Assembly: GCA_965215505.1 (NCBI GenBank)
Contig: OZ244065.1
Span: forward strand, 3,424,001-3,488,000
Source of the DNA: Capsulimonadaceae bacterium
GTDB lineage: Bacteria > Armatimonadota > Armatimonadia > Armatimonadales > Capsulimonadaceae
Direction of reading: 5' to 3'
DNA: 64,000 nt
The position numbers were made by a program, and so were the translations under genes. Shown piece by piece: positions 1 through 10,287 of the stretch; the stretch's first letter is position 1, and each line of letters starts with the position of its first letter. Below the pieces are notes generated by a model. That model did no database searches. It was not told the origin of the DNA and saw only the letters and a list, made by a program, of their open reading frames with translations.

Positions 1-2
1 TC

Positions 3-686
3 CAGGGCGTCGCCCACGCCACGGACACGAACGAGGACGGCGCGCATCCGGTGGCCGCGCCCGTGTTCGGGCGCGACGGCGCGCTCTACGGCACCACGGC
101 CGGCGGCGGCCGGATCGGCTGCGGGGTCCTCTACCGCTTGACGCCCGACGGCGCGCGGTTCTCCGTCCTGCACCACTTCCAGCGCCGGGGCCTCGGGGCC
201 GAGGGCGAGGCCGAAGCAGGCGGCGTCCTGCCGGAAGGGGCCTTGACCGCCTCCCCCGACGGTTTCCTCTACGGCAGCACAGGCCTGGGCGGGGCAAGCG
301 GCGGCGGCACGCTCTTCCGCATCGGCCAGGACGGGGCCGGCTTCACCCTCCTGCGCGCCTTCCCCGGCCCGGACGACGACGGCGGCGACGGCCGCCTGCC
401 CGCCGCGACGCCCCTGCTCGGACGCGACGGCCGCCTCTACGGGCTGACCGGGCGCGGCGGCGCGGGCGGGGTCGGGACGCTCTATTGGGCCAGTCCTGAC
501 GGCGCAAAGTTCGTCGTCCTGCACGACTTCGCCGCCCCAGACGCCGCCTACCACAACGCCGACGGCGCGTACCCACGCGCGGGCTTGATCCAGGGCCGCG
601 ACGGCGCGCTCTACGGCGTCGCGGCCGGCGGCGGGCCGGACGGCACCGGCACCGTCTTCCGGCTCGTGCCGCCCCAAGCCCGGTGA
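3..686 (+). CDS. Beta-propeller tandem repeat protein (GloVer-type choice-of-anchor repeat), 5' partial
   Basis: Repeated G-x-D-G-x-L-Y-G-x-T-x-x-G-G...G-T-L/V-F/Y-R units; frame is open to the window edge. Confidence 0.8.
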   Translation, partial: QGVAHATDTNEDGAHPVAAPVFGRDGALYGTTAGGGRIGCGVLYRLTPDGARFSVLHHFQRRGLGAEGEAEAGGVLPEGALTASPDGFLYGSTGLGGASGGGTLFRIGQDGAGFTLLRAFPGPDDDGGDGRLPAATPLLGRDGRLYGLTGRGGAGGVGTLYWASPDGAKFVVLHDFAAPDAAYHNADGAYPRAGLIQGRDGALYGVAAGGGPDGTGTVFRLVPPQAR

Positions 687-764
687 CACGCCCCTGGTGG
701 CCTGGAGTGTTCCGTTCTCGCATCCTGTATTTACTTACAAACGTAGTCAAATCGCGCCCTTCCC

Positions 765-793
765 TTGCAACTTGGCCCAAAATAGAGTATCAT
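765..793 (+). promoter_or_regulatory. Sigma70-type promoter upstream of glyA
   Basis: TTGCAA-17bp-TATCAT in an AT-rich patch. Confidence 0.55.
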
Positions 794-875
794 AGGGGCA
801 TCGCGCGTCCTGCGTCCGTAGTCCTAGCTGCGGACGGCGGGAACAGGACAGACCGAGTGCCGGACAGTGGTGGGA

Positions 876-1012
876 CGAGTGATTGAAATCACTCGCTTCG
901 GCAGGATTTGTCCAAGGGACAAGCGGAGGGAACGGGTTGACCCCAACCGGCCATGCTGTCCTTCTTCTGTCCCCTGGACAGGTCCCGAGCAGCGAGTGAT
1001 GTCAATCACTCG
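876..1012. repeat. Nested-palindrome REPIN-like element, family A copy 1
   Basis: CGAGTGATTGAAATCACTCG / TTGTCCAAGGGACAA / spacer / CTGTCCCCTGGACAG / CGAGTGATGTCAATCACTCG. Confidence 0.9.
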
Positions 1013-1072
1013 TCCTGCCGCTCGTCCTGCCGCTCGTCCTGCCGCTCGTCCTGCCGCTCGTCCTGCCGCTCG
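1009..1072. repeat. Tandem repeat CTCGTCCTGCCG x5
   Basis: Perfect 12-bp units overlapping the right end of family A copy 1. Confidence 0.95.
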
Positions 1073-1155
1073 CGCTGCTTTTTTGCGAGAACGAACCCGA
1101 GTATCATAAACGACAGGCGACACCAGACCATGGAAATTAGACAAAGGAGCCTCCC

Positions 1156-2448
1156 TTGGCACTGATCGAGAAAGAACTGACGCGCGGCGAGAACGAAAAC
1201 GAGTTCCTGATCCGGCGCGACGCGCCGCTGTCCGAGTCCGACCCCGAGGTCTACGCCGCCATCCACAAAGAGGAGGGCCGGCAGAACGACAAGCTGGAGC
1301 TGATCGCCTCAGAAAACGTCGTCTCGCGCGCCGTCATGGAGGCCCAGGGGTCCGTCCTGACCAACAAGTACGCCGAGGGCTACCCCGGCAAGCGGTACTA
1401 CGGCGGCTGCGAGTATGTAGACATCGTGGAGCAGCTCGCCATCGACCGCGCCAGGAAGCTGTTCGGGGCGGACCACGTCAACGTCCAGCCCCACTCGGGC
1501 GCGTCCGCCAATATTGCCGTCTTCACCGCCTTCTTGCAGCCCGGCGATTCGATCCTCGGCATGCGGCTCGACCAGGGCGGGCACCTCACCCACGGCTCGC
1601 CGGTCAACTTCTCCGGCAAGTTTTATAACGCCCACTTTTATGGCGTTGATAAAGAGACGGGCCGGATTGACTACGACGAGTGCGCCCGGATCGCCCGCGA
1701 AGTCAAGCCCAAGATGATCACGTCGGGGGCTTCCGCCTACCCGCGCGAGATCGACTTCCCGCGCCTGCGCGCCATCGCCGACGAGGTGGGCGCGCTGCTG
1801 CTGGCCGACATCGCCCACATCGCGGGCCTGGTCGCGGCGGGCGAGCACCCCAGCCCGGTCGGCCACGCCCACATCGTCACGACGACCACACACAAGACCC
1901 TGCGCGGCCCGCGCGGCGGCCTCATCCTGTGCGGCGAGGAACACGCCAAGGCGATTGACTCCGCCGTCTTCCCCGGCACCCAGGGCGGGCCGCTGATGCA
2001 CGTCATCGCCGCCAAGGCCGTGGCCTTCCACGAGGCGCTCTCGCCCGGCTTCAACGCCTACCAGCGTCAGGTCAAGAAGAACGCCCGCGCCCTGGCGGGG
2101 GGCCTGATGGACCGCGGCTTCACCCTCTTCTCCGGCGGGACCGACAACCACCTGATGCTGGTTGACCTGCGCCCCCAGGGGATCACGGGCCGGACCGCCC
2201 AGGTGGAACTGGACAAGGTCAACCTGACCACCAACAAGAACGCCATCCCCTACGACACTGAGAAGCCCTGGGTGACGGGCGGCCTGCGGCTCGGCTCCCC
2301 CGCCACGACCAGCCGGGGCCTGACCGAACCGGAGATGGACGAGGTCGCCGCCTGCATCGCCCGCGCCCTGACCCACATCGGCGACCGGGAAGCCTACGAG
2401 CAGGTGCGCCGGGATGTCAAGTCCCTCTGCGACCGCTTCCCCGGCTGA
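1156..2448 (+). CDS. glyA: Serine hydroxymethyltransferase
   Basis: [24 protein letters not shown] and [14 protein letters not shown] motifs; TTG start after AAGGAG. Confidence 0.98.
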   Translation: MALIEKELTRGENENEFLIRRDAPLSESDPEVYAAIHKEEGRQNDKLELIASENVVSRAVMEAQGSVLTNKYAEGYPGKRYYGGCEYVDIVEQLAIDRARKLFGADHVNVQPHSGASANIAVFTAFLQPGDSILGMRLDQGGHLTHGSPVNFSGKFYNAHFYGVDKETGRIDYDECARIAREVKPKMITSGASAYPREIDFPRLRAIADEVGALLLADIAHIAGLVAAGEHPSPVGHAHIVTTTTHKTLRGPRGGLILCGEEHAKAIDSAVFPGTQGGPLMHVIAAKAVAFHEALSPGFNAYQRQVKKNARALAGGLMDRGFTLFSGGTDNHLMLVDLRPQGITGRTAQVELDKVNLTTNKNAIPYDTEKPWVTGGLRLGSPATTSRGLTEPEMDEVAACIARALTHIGDREAYEQVRRDVKSLCDRFPG

Positions 2449-2467
2449 GGGCGGCGGGGGGCAGGAT

Positions 2468-2605
2468 AAGCCGATTGAAATCACTCGCTGCCACCGGACC
2501 TGTCCAGGGGACAGAAGAGGGGCGAGGCAGAAGAGGCCGGTCCTGTCCCTCTGCTCCCTTGTCCCCTGGACAAATCCTGACGTAGCGAGTGATTAAAATC
2601 ACTCG
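2468..2605. repeat. REPIN-like family A copy 2 (left arm degenerate)
   Basis: Same four palindromes, opposite orientation to copy 1. Confidence 0.9.
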
Positions 2606-2666
2606 TCCCATCTCGTTCCGTCCTGATTTGCCGGAGCGCCGGAGTTTTTGAGGACGCCTTAACACC

Positions 2667-3779
2667 ATGCCCCAGTGGATCATGCCGCCGTGGAGACTGC
2701 CCTGGCTCGCCTTCGGGCTGGCCCTGGCCCTGAGCTACCTGCTGACGCCCCTCGTCAGCCGCCTGGCCGTCCGCTTCGGAGCGGTCGCCGTGCCGCGCGA
2801 GCGGGACGTCCATTCCAAGCCGCTCCCGCGCTGGGGCGGGCTGGCGATGTTCGGCGGCTTCCTGCTGACTTTGGGGGCGATCTACCTCTACATCGTCATG
2901 CACCGGCACGTCTTTCCCTGGTCGGCGTCCGAGTTGAACCACTTCACCGGCGTCCTGCTGGCGGCCACGCTCGTCGCCGTAGTCGGGACGCTGGACGACA
3001 AGTTCGAAGTCTCGGCCATTTTCCAGTCGCTGGCCCTGATCGCGGCGGGCGTCGTGCTGGTCCTGTTCGGCGTGCGGATCGAGGGCATCACGAACCCCTT
3101 CTACCATGGCCCGCCCGCCGCCCACTACCGGCCCGGCCAGTTCTACTCCTTCTGGCCGCCCTTCGCGGACTTCGCCACCGTCCTGTGGGTCTTCGGCGTC
3201 GCCAAGACCGTGGACTTTATTGACGGGCTGGACGGACTGGCGGCGGGCGTCTGCGCCATCTGTGCCGGGACGTTGGCCCTGATGTCCGCCCAGGTGCATC
3301 AGTACGAGGTGACGATCATCGCGGCCACCCTGGTCGGCGTCTGTTTGGGGTTCCTGCGCTACAACAAGCACCCCTCGTCCATCATTATGGGGACCGTCGG
3401 GGCGCAGTTCCTGGGGTTCACTTTAGCGGCCATCTCGATCATCGGCACCTTCAAGATCGCCGCCACCGTCTCGGTCGCCCTGCCGGTGCTTGTGCTGGGC
3501 GTGCCCATCTTCGACGGCATCCGGGTCGTCACGCAGCGGACCATCGCGCGCACCCCGGCCTATCTGCCCGACAAGACCTCGCACATCCACCACATCTTGC
3601 TGCGGAAGTATAACGGCTCCCAGCCCCGCGCCGTCTGGATGATCTACGCCCTGACCGCCTGCCTCTGCGCCGTCGCCTTCCTCCTGTTCCGCCTGTCCGG
3701 CCGCGTCACCGCCGCCCCGGTCGGCGGGCATGTCGGTGCTTCGCGCCCGCTCTCCGGCCCCGCGCGGGCGGGGGTCTGA
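2667..3779 (+). CDS. MraY/WecA/TagO-family undecaprenyl-phosphate GlcNAc-1-phosphate transferase
   Basis: Multi-TM protein; LDD, FIDGLDGLA and HIHH motifs; next to wecB. Confidence 0.9.
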   Translation: MPQWIMPPWRLPWLAFGLALALSYLLTPLVSRLAVRFGAVAVPRERDVHSKPLPRWGGLAMFGGFLLTLGAIYLYIVMHRHVFPWSASELNHFTGVLLAATLVAVVGTLDDKFEVSAIFQSLALIAAGVVLVLFGVRIEGITNPFYHGPPAAHYRPGQFYSFWPPFADFATVLWVFGVAKTVDFIDGLDGLAAGVCAICAGTLALMSAQVHQYEVTIIAATLVGVCLGFLRYNKHPSSIIMGTVGAQFLGFTLAAISIIGTFKIAATVSVALPVLVLGVPIFDGIRVVTQRTIARTPAYLPDKTSHIHHILLRKYNGSQPRAVWMIYALTACLCAVAFLLFRLSGRVTAAPVGGHVGASRPLSGPARAGV

Positions 3780-3781
3780 TG

Positions 3782-3963
3782 AGCCACGGGTTGAAACCCG
3801 AGGCTGGGAAGTGCCCAGCGTCCTGGGGACGCAAGCAGGCAGATGCAAGGCCAAAAGGTATGATCGTGTAGGGGCGGGGTCCCCCCGCCCTCTGACCTTC
3901 CCGTCCTAGTCTCACGTCGCTTCGACGGTGGGATTTTCGGAGCCACGGGTTTCAACCCGTGGC
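3782..3963. repeat. REPIN-like family B with an internal GTAG-type REP (3868-3891)
   Basis: AGCCACGGGTTGAAACCCGAGGCT ... AGCCACGGGTTTCAACCCGTGGC inverted pair, each with an inner hairpin. Confidence 0.8.
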
Positions 3964-3990
3964 AAATTTTAGTCACAGGAACGCCGACCG

Positions 3991-4266
3991 ATGGACCTGT
4001 ACCTATTGCTCTATCTTCCGCTCGCGGGCTTGACCGTGATGTGGTTCCTTGCGGGTCTGAAACTCGCAAAGGATCACCGAAAGCATTCGCGCGAGACTCT
4101 GCGAAGGAGTATTGGAGCCGAGGTCGCGGTCGCCTTGTTCATCGTCAGTTTCGCGGTGATGGTTGTCACTCACGCTCGCGGTTACAGGGTCGCCATGATG
4201 TTAGTCATGGCTATGGCTCTTGTCAACCTTTTTAGACTGAGGACAACGCCAAAACCAGAGGCTTGA
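3991..4266 (+). CDS. Small hypothetical membrane protein
   Basis: 91 aa, three hydrophobic segments, visibly lower GC, fills the gap. Confidence 0.55.
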   Translation: MDLYLLLYLPLAGLTVMWFLAGLKLAKDHRKHSRETLRRSIGAEVAVALFIVSFAVMVVTHARGYRVAMMLVMAMALVNLFRLRTTPKPEA

Positions 4267-4284
4267 CCCTCCCATTATCGCCCT

Positions 4285-5403
4285 ATGCAAAAAGTCCTCT
4301 GCGTGTTTGGAACCCGGCCCGACGCCATCAAAATGGCCCCCGTCGTCTTGGAGCTGAAGCGGCGTCCCGACCAGTTCACCGTCCACGTCGCCGTCACCGG
4401 GCAGCACCGGGAGATGCTGGACCAGGTGCTGTCCGTCTTCGCCATCGCCCCCGACTTCGACCTGGACATCATGACGCAGGGGCAGACCTTGGCGCAGGTG
4501 ACGACGCGCGCCCTCAGCGGCCTGGACCCCATCCTGGCCTCGGAGGAGCCTAATTGGGTGCTGGCCCAGGGGGACACCACGACCACTTTCGTCGCCGCCC
4601 TCGCCGCCTTCTACCACCGGGCCAAGTTCGGCCACGTCGAGGCCGGCCTGCGGACGGGCAACAAGTACGACCCGTTCCCCGAGGAGATGAACCGGCTGCT
4701 GACCACCCGGCTCGCCACCCTCCACTTCCCGCCGACGCCCGAGGCCGCCGCGAACCTGCGCACCGATGGGGTGGGGGAGGACCGAATCGTCCTGACCGGC
4801 AACACCGTCATTGACGCCCTGTTGCAGGTCGCCGCCCAGCCCTACACGCCCGACGACCCCGTCCTGCGCGAGATTTTGGACGACCCGCGCCGCATGATCC
4901 TCGTCACCACCCACCGGCGCGAGAACTGGGGCGAGCCGATGGCCCGCATCGGGCGGGCCGTGCTGCGGCTGGTGGATGACTTCCCCGACGCCGTCGCCGT
5001 CGTGCCCTGGCACCGGAACCCCATCGTGCGCGACGCCCTGCGTCCCCTGCTCGGCGATCACCCGCGCGTCCGCTTGATCGAGCCGCAGGATTATGTCCCG
5101 TTCGTCAAGCTGGAACAGAAGGCCGCGATCATCCTCACCGACTCGGGCGGCGTCCAGGAAGAGGCCCCCAGCCTCGGCAAGCCCGTCCTGGTCCTGCGTG
5201 AGACCACCGAGCGGCCCGAAGGCGTCGCGGCGGGCACGGCCAAACTCGTCGGCACCGACACGGACCTGATCGTCTCGGAGGCCGCGCGGCTTCTGTCCGA
5301 CCCGGACGCCTACGCCGCCCAGTCCCGCGCGGTGTCCCCCTACGGCGACGGGCAGGCCGCCCGGCGCATCGCCGAGGCTTTGGGCGCGGAGGAACCCGCA
5401 TGA
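4285..5403 (+). CDS. wecB: UDP-N-acetylglucosamine 2-epimerase (non-hydrolysing)
   Basis: FGTRPDAIKMAP, GDTTT, HVEAGLRT, PFPEEMNR and TDSGGVQEEAP motifs. Confidence 0.97.
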   Translation: MQKVLCVFGTRPDAIKMAPVVLELKRRPDQFTVHVAVTGQHREMLDQVLSVFAIAPDFDLDIMTQGQTLAQVTTRALSGLDPILASEEPNWVLAQGDTTTTFVAALAAFYHRAKFGHVEAGLRTGNKYDPFPEEMNRLLTTRLATLHFPPTPEAAANLRTDGVGEDRIVLTGNTVIDALLQVAAQPYTPDDPVLREILDDPRRMILVTTHRRENWGEPMARIGRAVLRLVDDFPDAVAVVPWHRNPIVRDALRPLLGDHPRVRLIEPQDYVPFVKLEQKAAIILTDSGGVQEEAPSLGKPVLVLRETTERPEGVAAGTAKLVGTDTDLIVSEAARLLSDPDAYAAQSRAVSPYGDGQAARRIAEALGAEEPA

Positions 5404-6563
5404 TCACCCTGCCCCGGCGCGACACCTCCCGCAGCGCCGAAGCCTGGTTCGGCCAGTTCTGGAAACTCCTGGTCCGGCTGGCCGTCCTCGCCTTCGCCGC
5501 CTACTTCACCTGGCGCGTCCGCACCATCCTGACCGACATCCTGGTCGCCTCCATCCTGGCCTTCGCGCTCATCGGCCCGGTCAACTGGCTCTGCCGGTTC
5601 CGCGTCCCCAAGATCGGGGCGCGGACGCACCGGCTCATCGCCTCCCTGCTTGTCTTCTTCGCCCTGGGCTACGCCCTGTTCGTGGCGGGCGCGCTGATGG
5701 TTTCGCCGTTCGCCGACCAGGTCCACGGCCTGGCTAACAACCTGCCCCTGTACCAGCGCAAGATCGCCCAGTACGCCGCCGAAGGGCAGGCGCTCTACAA
5801 CGGCCTGCCGCCCGACGTCCGCGCCCTGCTGCGCCGGCCCGAGGGGCAAGGCGCGGGGGGAGGCTTCTCGCCCGTCCCGTGGCTGCAAAGCGCCCTGCTC
5901 GCGACCGTCAGCGGCCTGGCCCGCATCGTGGACTTCATCCTGATCCCTGTGCTGGCCTTCTACTTCGTGCTGGACGGCCGCGCGCTCCGCAATGAGTTCC
6001 TGGCGCTCGTCCCGCCGCGCCGGGTGCGCGAGGCCCTGTCGCTGATGCGCGAGTCGTCGGGCATCATGCGGACCTACATCATCGCCCAGCTCTGGCTGTG
6101 CGTCATCGCGGGCGTCGTCGTGTACGCCGGCCTGTCGCTCATACACATGCCCTACGCCCTCGTTCTGGGCCTGCTGGCGGGCTTCACGCGCGCCATCCCG
6201 ATCATCGGGCCGATCCTGGGCGGCATCCCCATCGTCCTGCTGGCCGCCGTGCTGCCCCCTGAACACGGCGGCGGCATCGCGCTGGCCCTGAAGGTGCTGG
6301 TCTTCTTTTCGGCCCTGCACCTGTTCGAGAGCAAACTGCTAATGCCCAAGTTCATCGGCCACCGCATCCACCTCCACGCCGCCGTCGTCATCATCGTCCT
6401 GCTCATCGGGGCCGAGTTCTTCGGCCTGCTCGGCATGTTCCTCGCCGCGCCATTGGCCGCCATCGGGCGCATCCTGATCGCCTACTACGTCATCCGCCCG
6501 CGCCGCCAAGCCGCCCGCACCGTGGCCCACGCGCCGCCACTGCTGATTAAGACTGCTGATTGA
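5400..6563 (+). CDS. AI-2E (PerM) family transporter
   Basis: Multi-TM protein; FYFVLDG, IPIIGP and FFGLLGMFLAAP motifs. Confidence 0.88.
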   Translation: MITLPRRDTSRSAEAWFGQFWKLLVRLAVLAFAAYFTWRVRTILTDILVASILAFALIGPVNWLCRFRVPKIGARTHRLIASLLVFFALGYALFVAGALMVSPFADQVHGLANNLPLYQRKIAQYAAEGQALYNGLPPDVRALLRRPEGQGAGGGFSPVPWLQSALLATVSGLARIVDFILIPVLAFYFVLDGRALRNEFLALVPPRRVREALSLMRESSGIMRTYIIAQLWLCVIAGVVVYAGLSLIHMPYALVLGLLAGFTRAIPIIGPILGGIPIVLLAAVLPPEHGGGIALALKVLVFFSALHLFESKLLMPKFIGHRIHLHAAVVIIVLLIGAEFFGLLGMFLAAPLAAIGRILIAYYVIRPRRQAARTVAHAPPLLIKTAD

Positions 6564-6618
6564 GACGCAGCGAGCCGATATGAAGGACAGAGACGCCAAT
6601 CCATAGGAGACACGCTTT

Positions 6619-7581
6619 TTGCCGCCGACCACGCCCGACAACTACACGCCCTACATCACCTACCTCCAGGCTTTCATCCTGGGGCTTGTCCAGGGCGTCA
6701 CCGAGTTCCTGCCCGTCTCCAGCACCGCCCACATGCGTATCCTGCCCGCGCTGCTCAACCACTACTACCCCTCCTGGCCCAATGACACCGGCGCGGCCTT
6801 CTCCGCCATCGCCCAGCTCGGCCCCATGGTCGGCATCATCGCCTACTTCCGCAAGGACCTGGCCCGCTACGTCGCCGGGCTGGCCCGGAGCGTCCAGAAG
6901 GGGCAGCTCTTCCCCAAGGGCGACCAGGATGCGCGGCTCGCCTGGTACGTCGTCTTCGCCACCGTCCCCATCATCGTCAGCGGCCTGGCTTTGGAGAAGC
7001 GCATTGACAACCAGTACCGCAACCTGTACTTCATCGCGGGCGCGATGATCGTCCTGGCTCTCCTCCTGCTGGCCGCCGAGCTGACCGGCAAGCGGACGCG
7101 GCGCTTGGAGAGCCTGACACTCGGCGAAGCCCTGGGAGTCGGCGTAGCGCAGGCATTGGCCGTCATCCCCGGCACGTCGCGGTCGGGCGTCACCATCACG
7201 ACCGGCCTGTTCCTCGGGCTGGACCGCGAGGAAGCCGCCCGCTTCTCGTTCCTGTTGTCCGTCCCGGCCATCACGCTGGCCGGCCTGTACAAGCTGCTCA
7301 AGACCCTCTTCCCGCAGACCTTCGGCGAGGGCGCGCATCAATGGATCGGCCCCCTTCCCCCGAATGCCCCGCCGACCCCGCATCTGAGCGAGGTGGCCGG
7401 TCCCTACGTCTTCGCCGCCGCCGTCGCGGGCGTCTTCGCCTACATCGTCGTCCGCTGGCTGCTGGGCTACCTCAGCGACGAGAAGAACTCCACCCTCCCG
7501 TTCATCGTCTACCGGATCGCCCTGGGCGTCGCCCTGATCCTGCTGGTGCATCTGGGGATCGCGGTGCCGCAGTCGCATTAG
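6619..7581 (+). CDS. uppP: Undecaprenyl-diphosphate phosphatase
   Basis: GLVQGVTEFLPVSSTAH, IPGTSRSG and ARFSFLL motifs. Confidence 0.96.
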   Translation: MPPTTPDNYTPYITYLQAFILGLVQGVTEFLPVSSTAHMRILPALLNHYYPSWPNDTGAAFSAIAQLGPMVGIIAYFRKDLARYVAGLARSVQKGQLFPKGDQDARLAWYVVFATVPIIVSGLALEKRIDNQYRNLYFIAGAMIVLALLLLAAELTGKRTRRLESLTLGEALGVGVAQALAVIPGTSRSGVTITTGLFLGLDREEAARFSFLLSVPAITLAGLYKLLKTLFPQTFGEGAHQWIGPLPPNAPPTPHLSEVAGPYVFAAAVAGVFAYIVVRWLLGYLSDEKNSTLPFIVYRIALGVALILLVHLGIAVPQSH

Positions 7582-7657
7582 GACGGGCACCAGGACGGGC
7601 ACCAGGACGGGCACCAGGACGGGCACCAGGACGGGCACCAGGACGGGCACCAGGACG
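7580..7657. repeat. Tandem repeat AGGACGGGCACC x6
   Basis: Perfect 12-bp units from the uppP stop codon to family A copy 3. Confidence 0.95.
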
Positions 7658-7665
7658 AGCTAGAA

Positions 7666-7795
7666 CGAGTGATTGAAATCACTCGCTACGCGCGGACCTG
7701 TCCAGGGGACAGAAGAGGGAAAGGAACCAGCCTTGTTACTCTGCTCGCTTGTCCCTTGGACAAATCTTACCGGAGCGAGTGATTTCAATCACTCG
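7666..7795. repeat. REPIN-like family A copy 3
   Basis: Four conserved palindromes, 32-bp central spacer. Confidence 0.92.
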
Positions 7796-8066
7796 TCCTA
7801 AGCTCGTCCTGATACCCGCCTTTTCTCGGCATATTCGCGCCGTAACCCGCGCAGGAATCCTCACCTTCCCCGCCGAACTTTCCCCTGATTTCGCCGCCGA
7901 AATCTGCCGATGATTTCCGTTATCCCTCCGCCGGGCCTCCCGCCCCGCGCCGGGGCCGACCATCGCGGCAGCTTGAGCACAATGACGCGCTTCCTTTGTC
8001 CCTGTCGCACGACTTGACCCAGTGTACTTTCTGCCGGTCATCCAGCAACAACAAGGAGCCATATCC

Positions 8067-8630
8067 ATGTCATCCGAATCCTCTTTCGGCACGCCCTCCG
8101 CGCCCGATCCGACCCTGCGCCGCCTGTTCGGCGCACTCGTCGAGCGCGCCTTTATCCAGACCTTGGGCGTCTACGAGTCGCACGTCGCTGACTACCTCGC
8201 CGGCGTCCTGGCCGACTTCGCGCACATGCAGCAGGTCTACAAGATCAAGGACCTCAGCGGCAAACCTCTCCACGAGGTCGCCGACATGCTGCTCCACGCC
8301 GACGTCCGGCTGGAAGCGACCTCGTTCAACCGCGAGCGCGAGGTCCACAAGCACATCGGCGACTTCACCCTCTTCTGGGCCGGCGTCTACCCCGAGGCCC
8401 TGCCCCGCTTGCAGGCGCAGACCCGGCGCGACCACCTGCTCGATTATGTCCAGCAGGGCAAGAACAGCTACGCCATCGCCGCCTCCCACGACTACGGCGA
8501 CTACCGCCACCAGGCCCCGACCCTGCGGAAGCTCTCCGACGAGTTCGAGCTGTGCCTCTACGGCCTGCACTCCGTCCGCAGGCAGATAGACGGCCTGGGC
8601 AAGACCGGCGGCATGGCATGGGCCGCGTAG
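8067..8630 (+). CDS. Hypothetical protein
   Basis: Strong GC3 codon bias; AAGGAG RBS before ATG 8067. Confidence 0.75.
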   Translation: MSSESSFGTPSAPDPTLRRLFGALVERAFIQTLGVYESHVADYLAGVLADFAHMQQVYKIKDLSGKPLHEVADMLLHADVRLEATSFNREREVHKHIGDFTLFWAGVYPEALPRLQAQTRRDHLLDYVQQGKNSYAIAASHDYGDYRHQAPTLRKLSDEFELCLYGLHSVRRQIDGLGKTGGMAWAA

Positions 8631-8660
8631 ACGGTCTCTCCTAGGCAGGAATCCAGACCC

Positions 8661-8686
8661 GTAGGGGCGAACCTTGTGTTCGCCCT
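8661..8686. repeat. GTAG-type REP
   Basis: GTAGGGGCGAACCTTGTGTTCGCCCT; near-identical copies at 21562-21625. Confidence 0.85.
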
Positions 8687-8723
8687 TATCCACTTACTGG
8701 AACCCGCTCACAGGAGACCTGCC

Positions 8724-9701
8724 ATGACCACACTCCCGACACAGCCGTTCGGACCCGACGCCACCCCCGTCTCGCGCATCGCCCTCGGGTGCATGGGCCT
8801 CGCGGGGACCTGGAACCCCGCCGAGGTCGGACCCGAACACCGCCGCAAGGCTATCGCCTCGTTCGAGGCCGCCCTGGAAGCCGGCATCACCTTCTACGAC
8901 CACGCCGACATCTACGGCGGCACGGCCTGCGAGTCGGTCTTCAAAGACTGCCTCGCCGCCGTGCCCGGTAGCCGCGAGAAGATCTTCATCGCCACCAAGG
9001 TCGGCATCCGGTCGGGCTACTACGACCACTCGCCCGACTACATCCGCCAGAGCCTGCGCGGGTCGCTCGGCCGCATGGGCATAGACTCCGTGGACCTGTA
9101 CCAGCTCCACCGGCCCGATCCGCTCACCCACGCCTCCGAAACCGCCGCCGCCTTGGACGAACTCGTGGATCAGGGCCTGATCAAGACCGTCGGCGTCTCC
9201 AACTACTACCCGCAGCAGACCCTGGCCTTGCAGAAGTACCTGAAGGCGCCCATCGTTTCCAACCAGATCGCCATCTCGCTCCTGCGGCTCGACCCCATCT
9301 ACGAGGGCGCGGCGGGCGGCAAGGCGACCAGCGAGGCCGCCACCTGTGATGCGGGCGACGGCGTCCTGGACCAGTGCGAGGAGCTAAACATCACGCCCCT
9401 GGCCTACAGCCCCCTGGGCGGCGGCTGGCTGTCCGGGCGGCGCGAGCCGGCCGCCGACACGAACCCCGCCGTCAAGCGCACCCTGGAAGCCCTGCGCGAG
9501 ATGGCCCCCGCCTACGGTGACGCCACGCCCGGCCAGCTCGCCCTCGCCTGGCTGCTAGCGCACCCCGCGAAGATCATCCCCCTCGTCGGCTCCAACGACC
9601 CCGCCCACATCCACGAGGCGGCAGGCGCAGCGGCGATCCAACTCTCGCGCACCGACTGGTACAAGCTCTGGACCGCCGCGCGCGGTGTCAGGGTCCCGTG
9701 A
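8724..9701 (+). CDS. Aldo/keto reductase
   Basis: DHADIYG, DLYQLHRPD, VGVSN and AYSPLGGG motifs. Confidence 0.93.
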   Translation: MTTLPTQPFGPDATPVSRIALGCMGLAGTWNPAEVGPEHRRKAIASFEAALEAGITFYDHADIYGGTACESVFKDCLAAVPGSREKIFIATKVGIRSGYYDHSPDYIRQSLRGSLGRMGIDSVDLYQLHRPDPLTHASETAAALDELVDQGLIKTVGVSNYYPQQTLALQKYLKAPIVSNQIAISLLRLDPIYEGAAGGKATSEAATCDAGDGVLDQCEELNITPLAYSPLGGGWLSGRREPAADTNPAVKRTLEALREMAPAYGDATPGQLALAWLLAHPAKIIPLVGSNDPAHIHEAAGAAAIQLSRTDWYKLWTAARGVRVP

Positions 9702-9846
9702 GGATGCGATGGCCCTCACCCCCCGCCCCTCACCCGCTTGCGGGGGAGGGGCGGGGGCCTCTTATCATACACCTTGCCTCATGCAGATGACTCGCCGTTT
9801 ATGGGTATAGAGGTGTCATCGCTTTCTCTCGAAAGGAACGAACCCC

Positions 9847-10203
9847 ATGAGCAACGACACATCAGACATCGGGCGCGGCGAATGGGCCGCCTTCGCAGAA
9901 GACTTCAGCAAGCGGCACCAGGGGGCGACCGCCTCCCTGGAGTCGGTCGGCGCGGACGATGGCGACCAGTACGCCGCCGAGAACCTGCCCTTCGTCGGCA
10001 TGACCCTGGAGAGCAAGGGCAGCGCCGCCGGCTCGCTCGTCCTGATGCTCGGGGCGGAGGGGTCGGACCACATGGAGCGCCTGATCGCCGCCCCCCAGAG
10101 CCTGCGAACCCACGTCAGCCCTAACGGCGAGACGGTGCTGGAGATCAAGGCGGAGGGCGAGCCGACCCTGCTCCTGCACCTCCAGGCCCCGAAGGGGGCA
10201 TAG
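9847..10203 (+). CDS. DUF5335-like protein
   Basis: EWAAFAEDFSKRHQG...LPFVGMTLE pattern; RBS present. Confidence 0.6.
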   Translation: MSNDTSDIGRGEWAAFAEDFSKRHQGATASLESVGADDGDQYAAENLPFVGMTLESKGSAAGSLVLMLGAEGSDHMERLIAAPQSLRTHVSPNGETVLEIKAEGEPTLLLHLQAPKGA

Positions 10204-10211
10204 AGGGCGGC

Positions 10212-10240
10212 TTGACAAGCCGCGTCAGGGCGGGTATAAT
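10212..10240 (+). promoter_or_regulatory. Consensus sigma70 promoter for the HNH-tRNA-Gln unit
   Basis: TTGACA-17bp-TATAAT. Confidence 0.88.
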
Positions 10241-10287
10241 CCGCGCGTCCGGAACGGAGTCCGGGCGACTCGCACTAAGGACGGGCC

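Noticed and set aside
690-1155. ZMP/ZTP or THF riboswitch upstream of glyA
   Set aside because: The conserved core motifs were not found by eye.
824-1266. Short repetitive ORFs (RPAA, SSCR, QDER, PVLV repeats) here and near 7580
   Set aside because: Translations of the tandem DNA repeats and REPINs, with no coding evidence.
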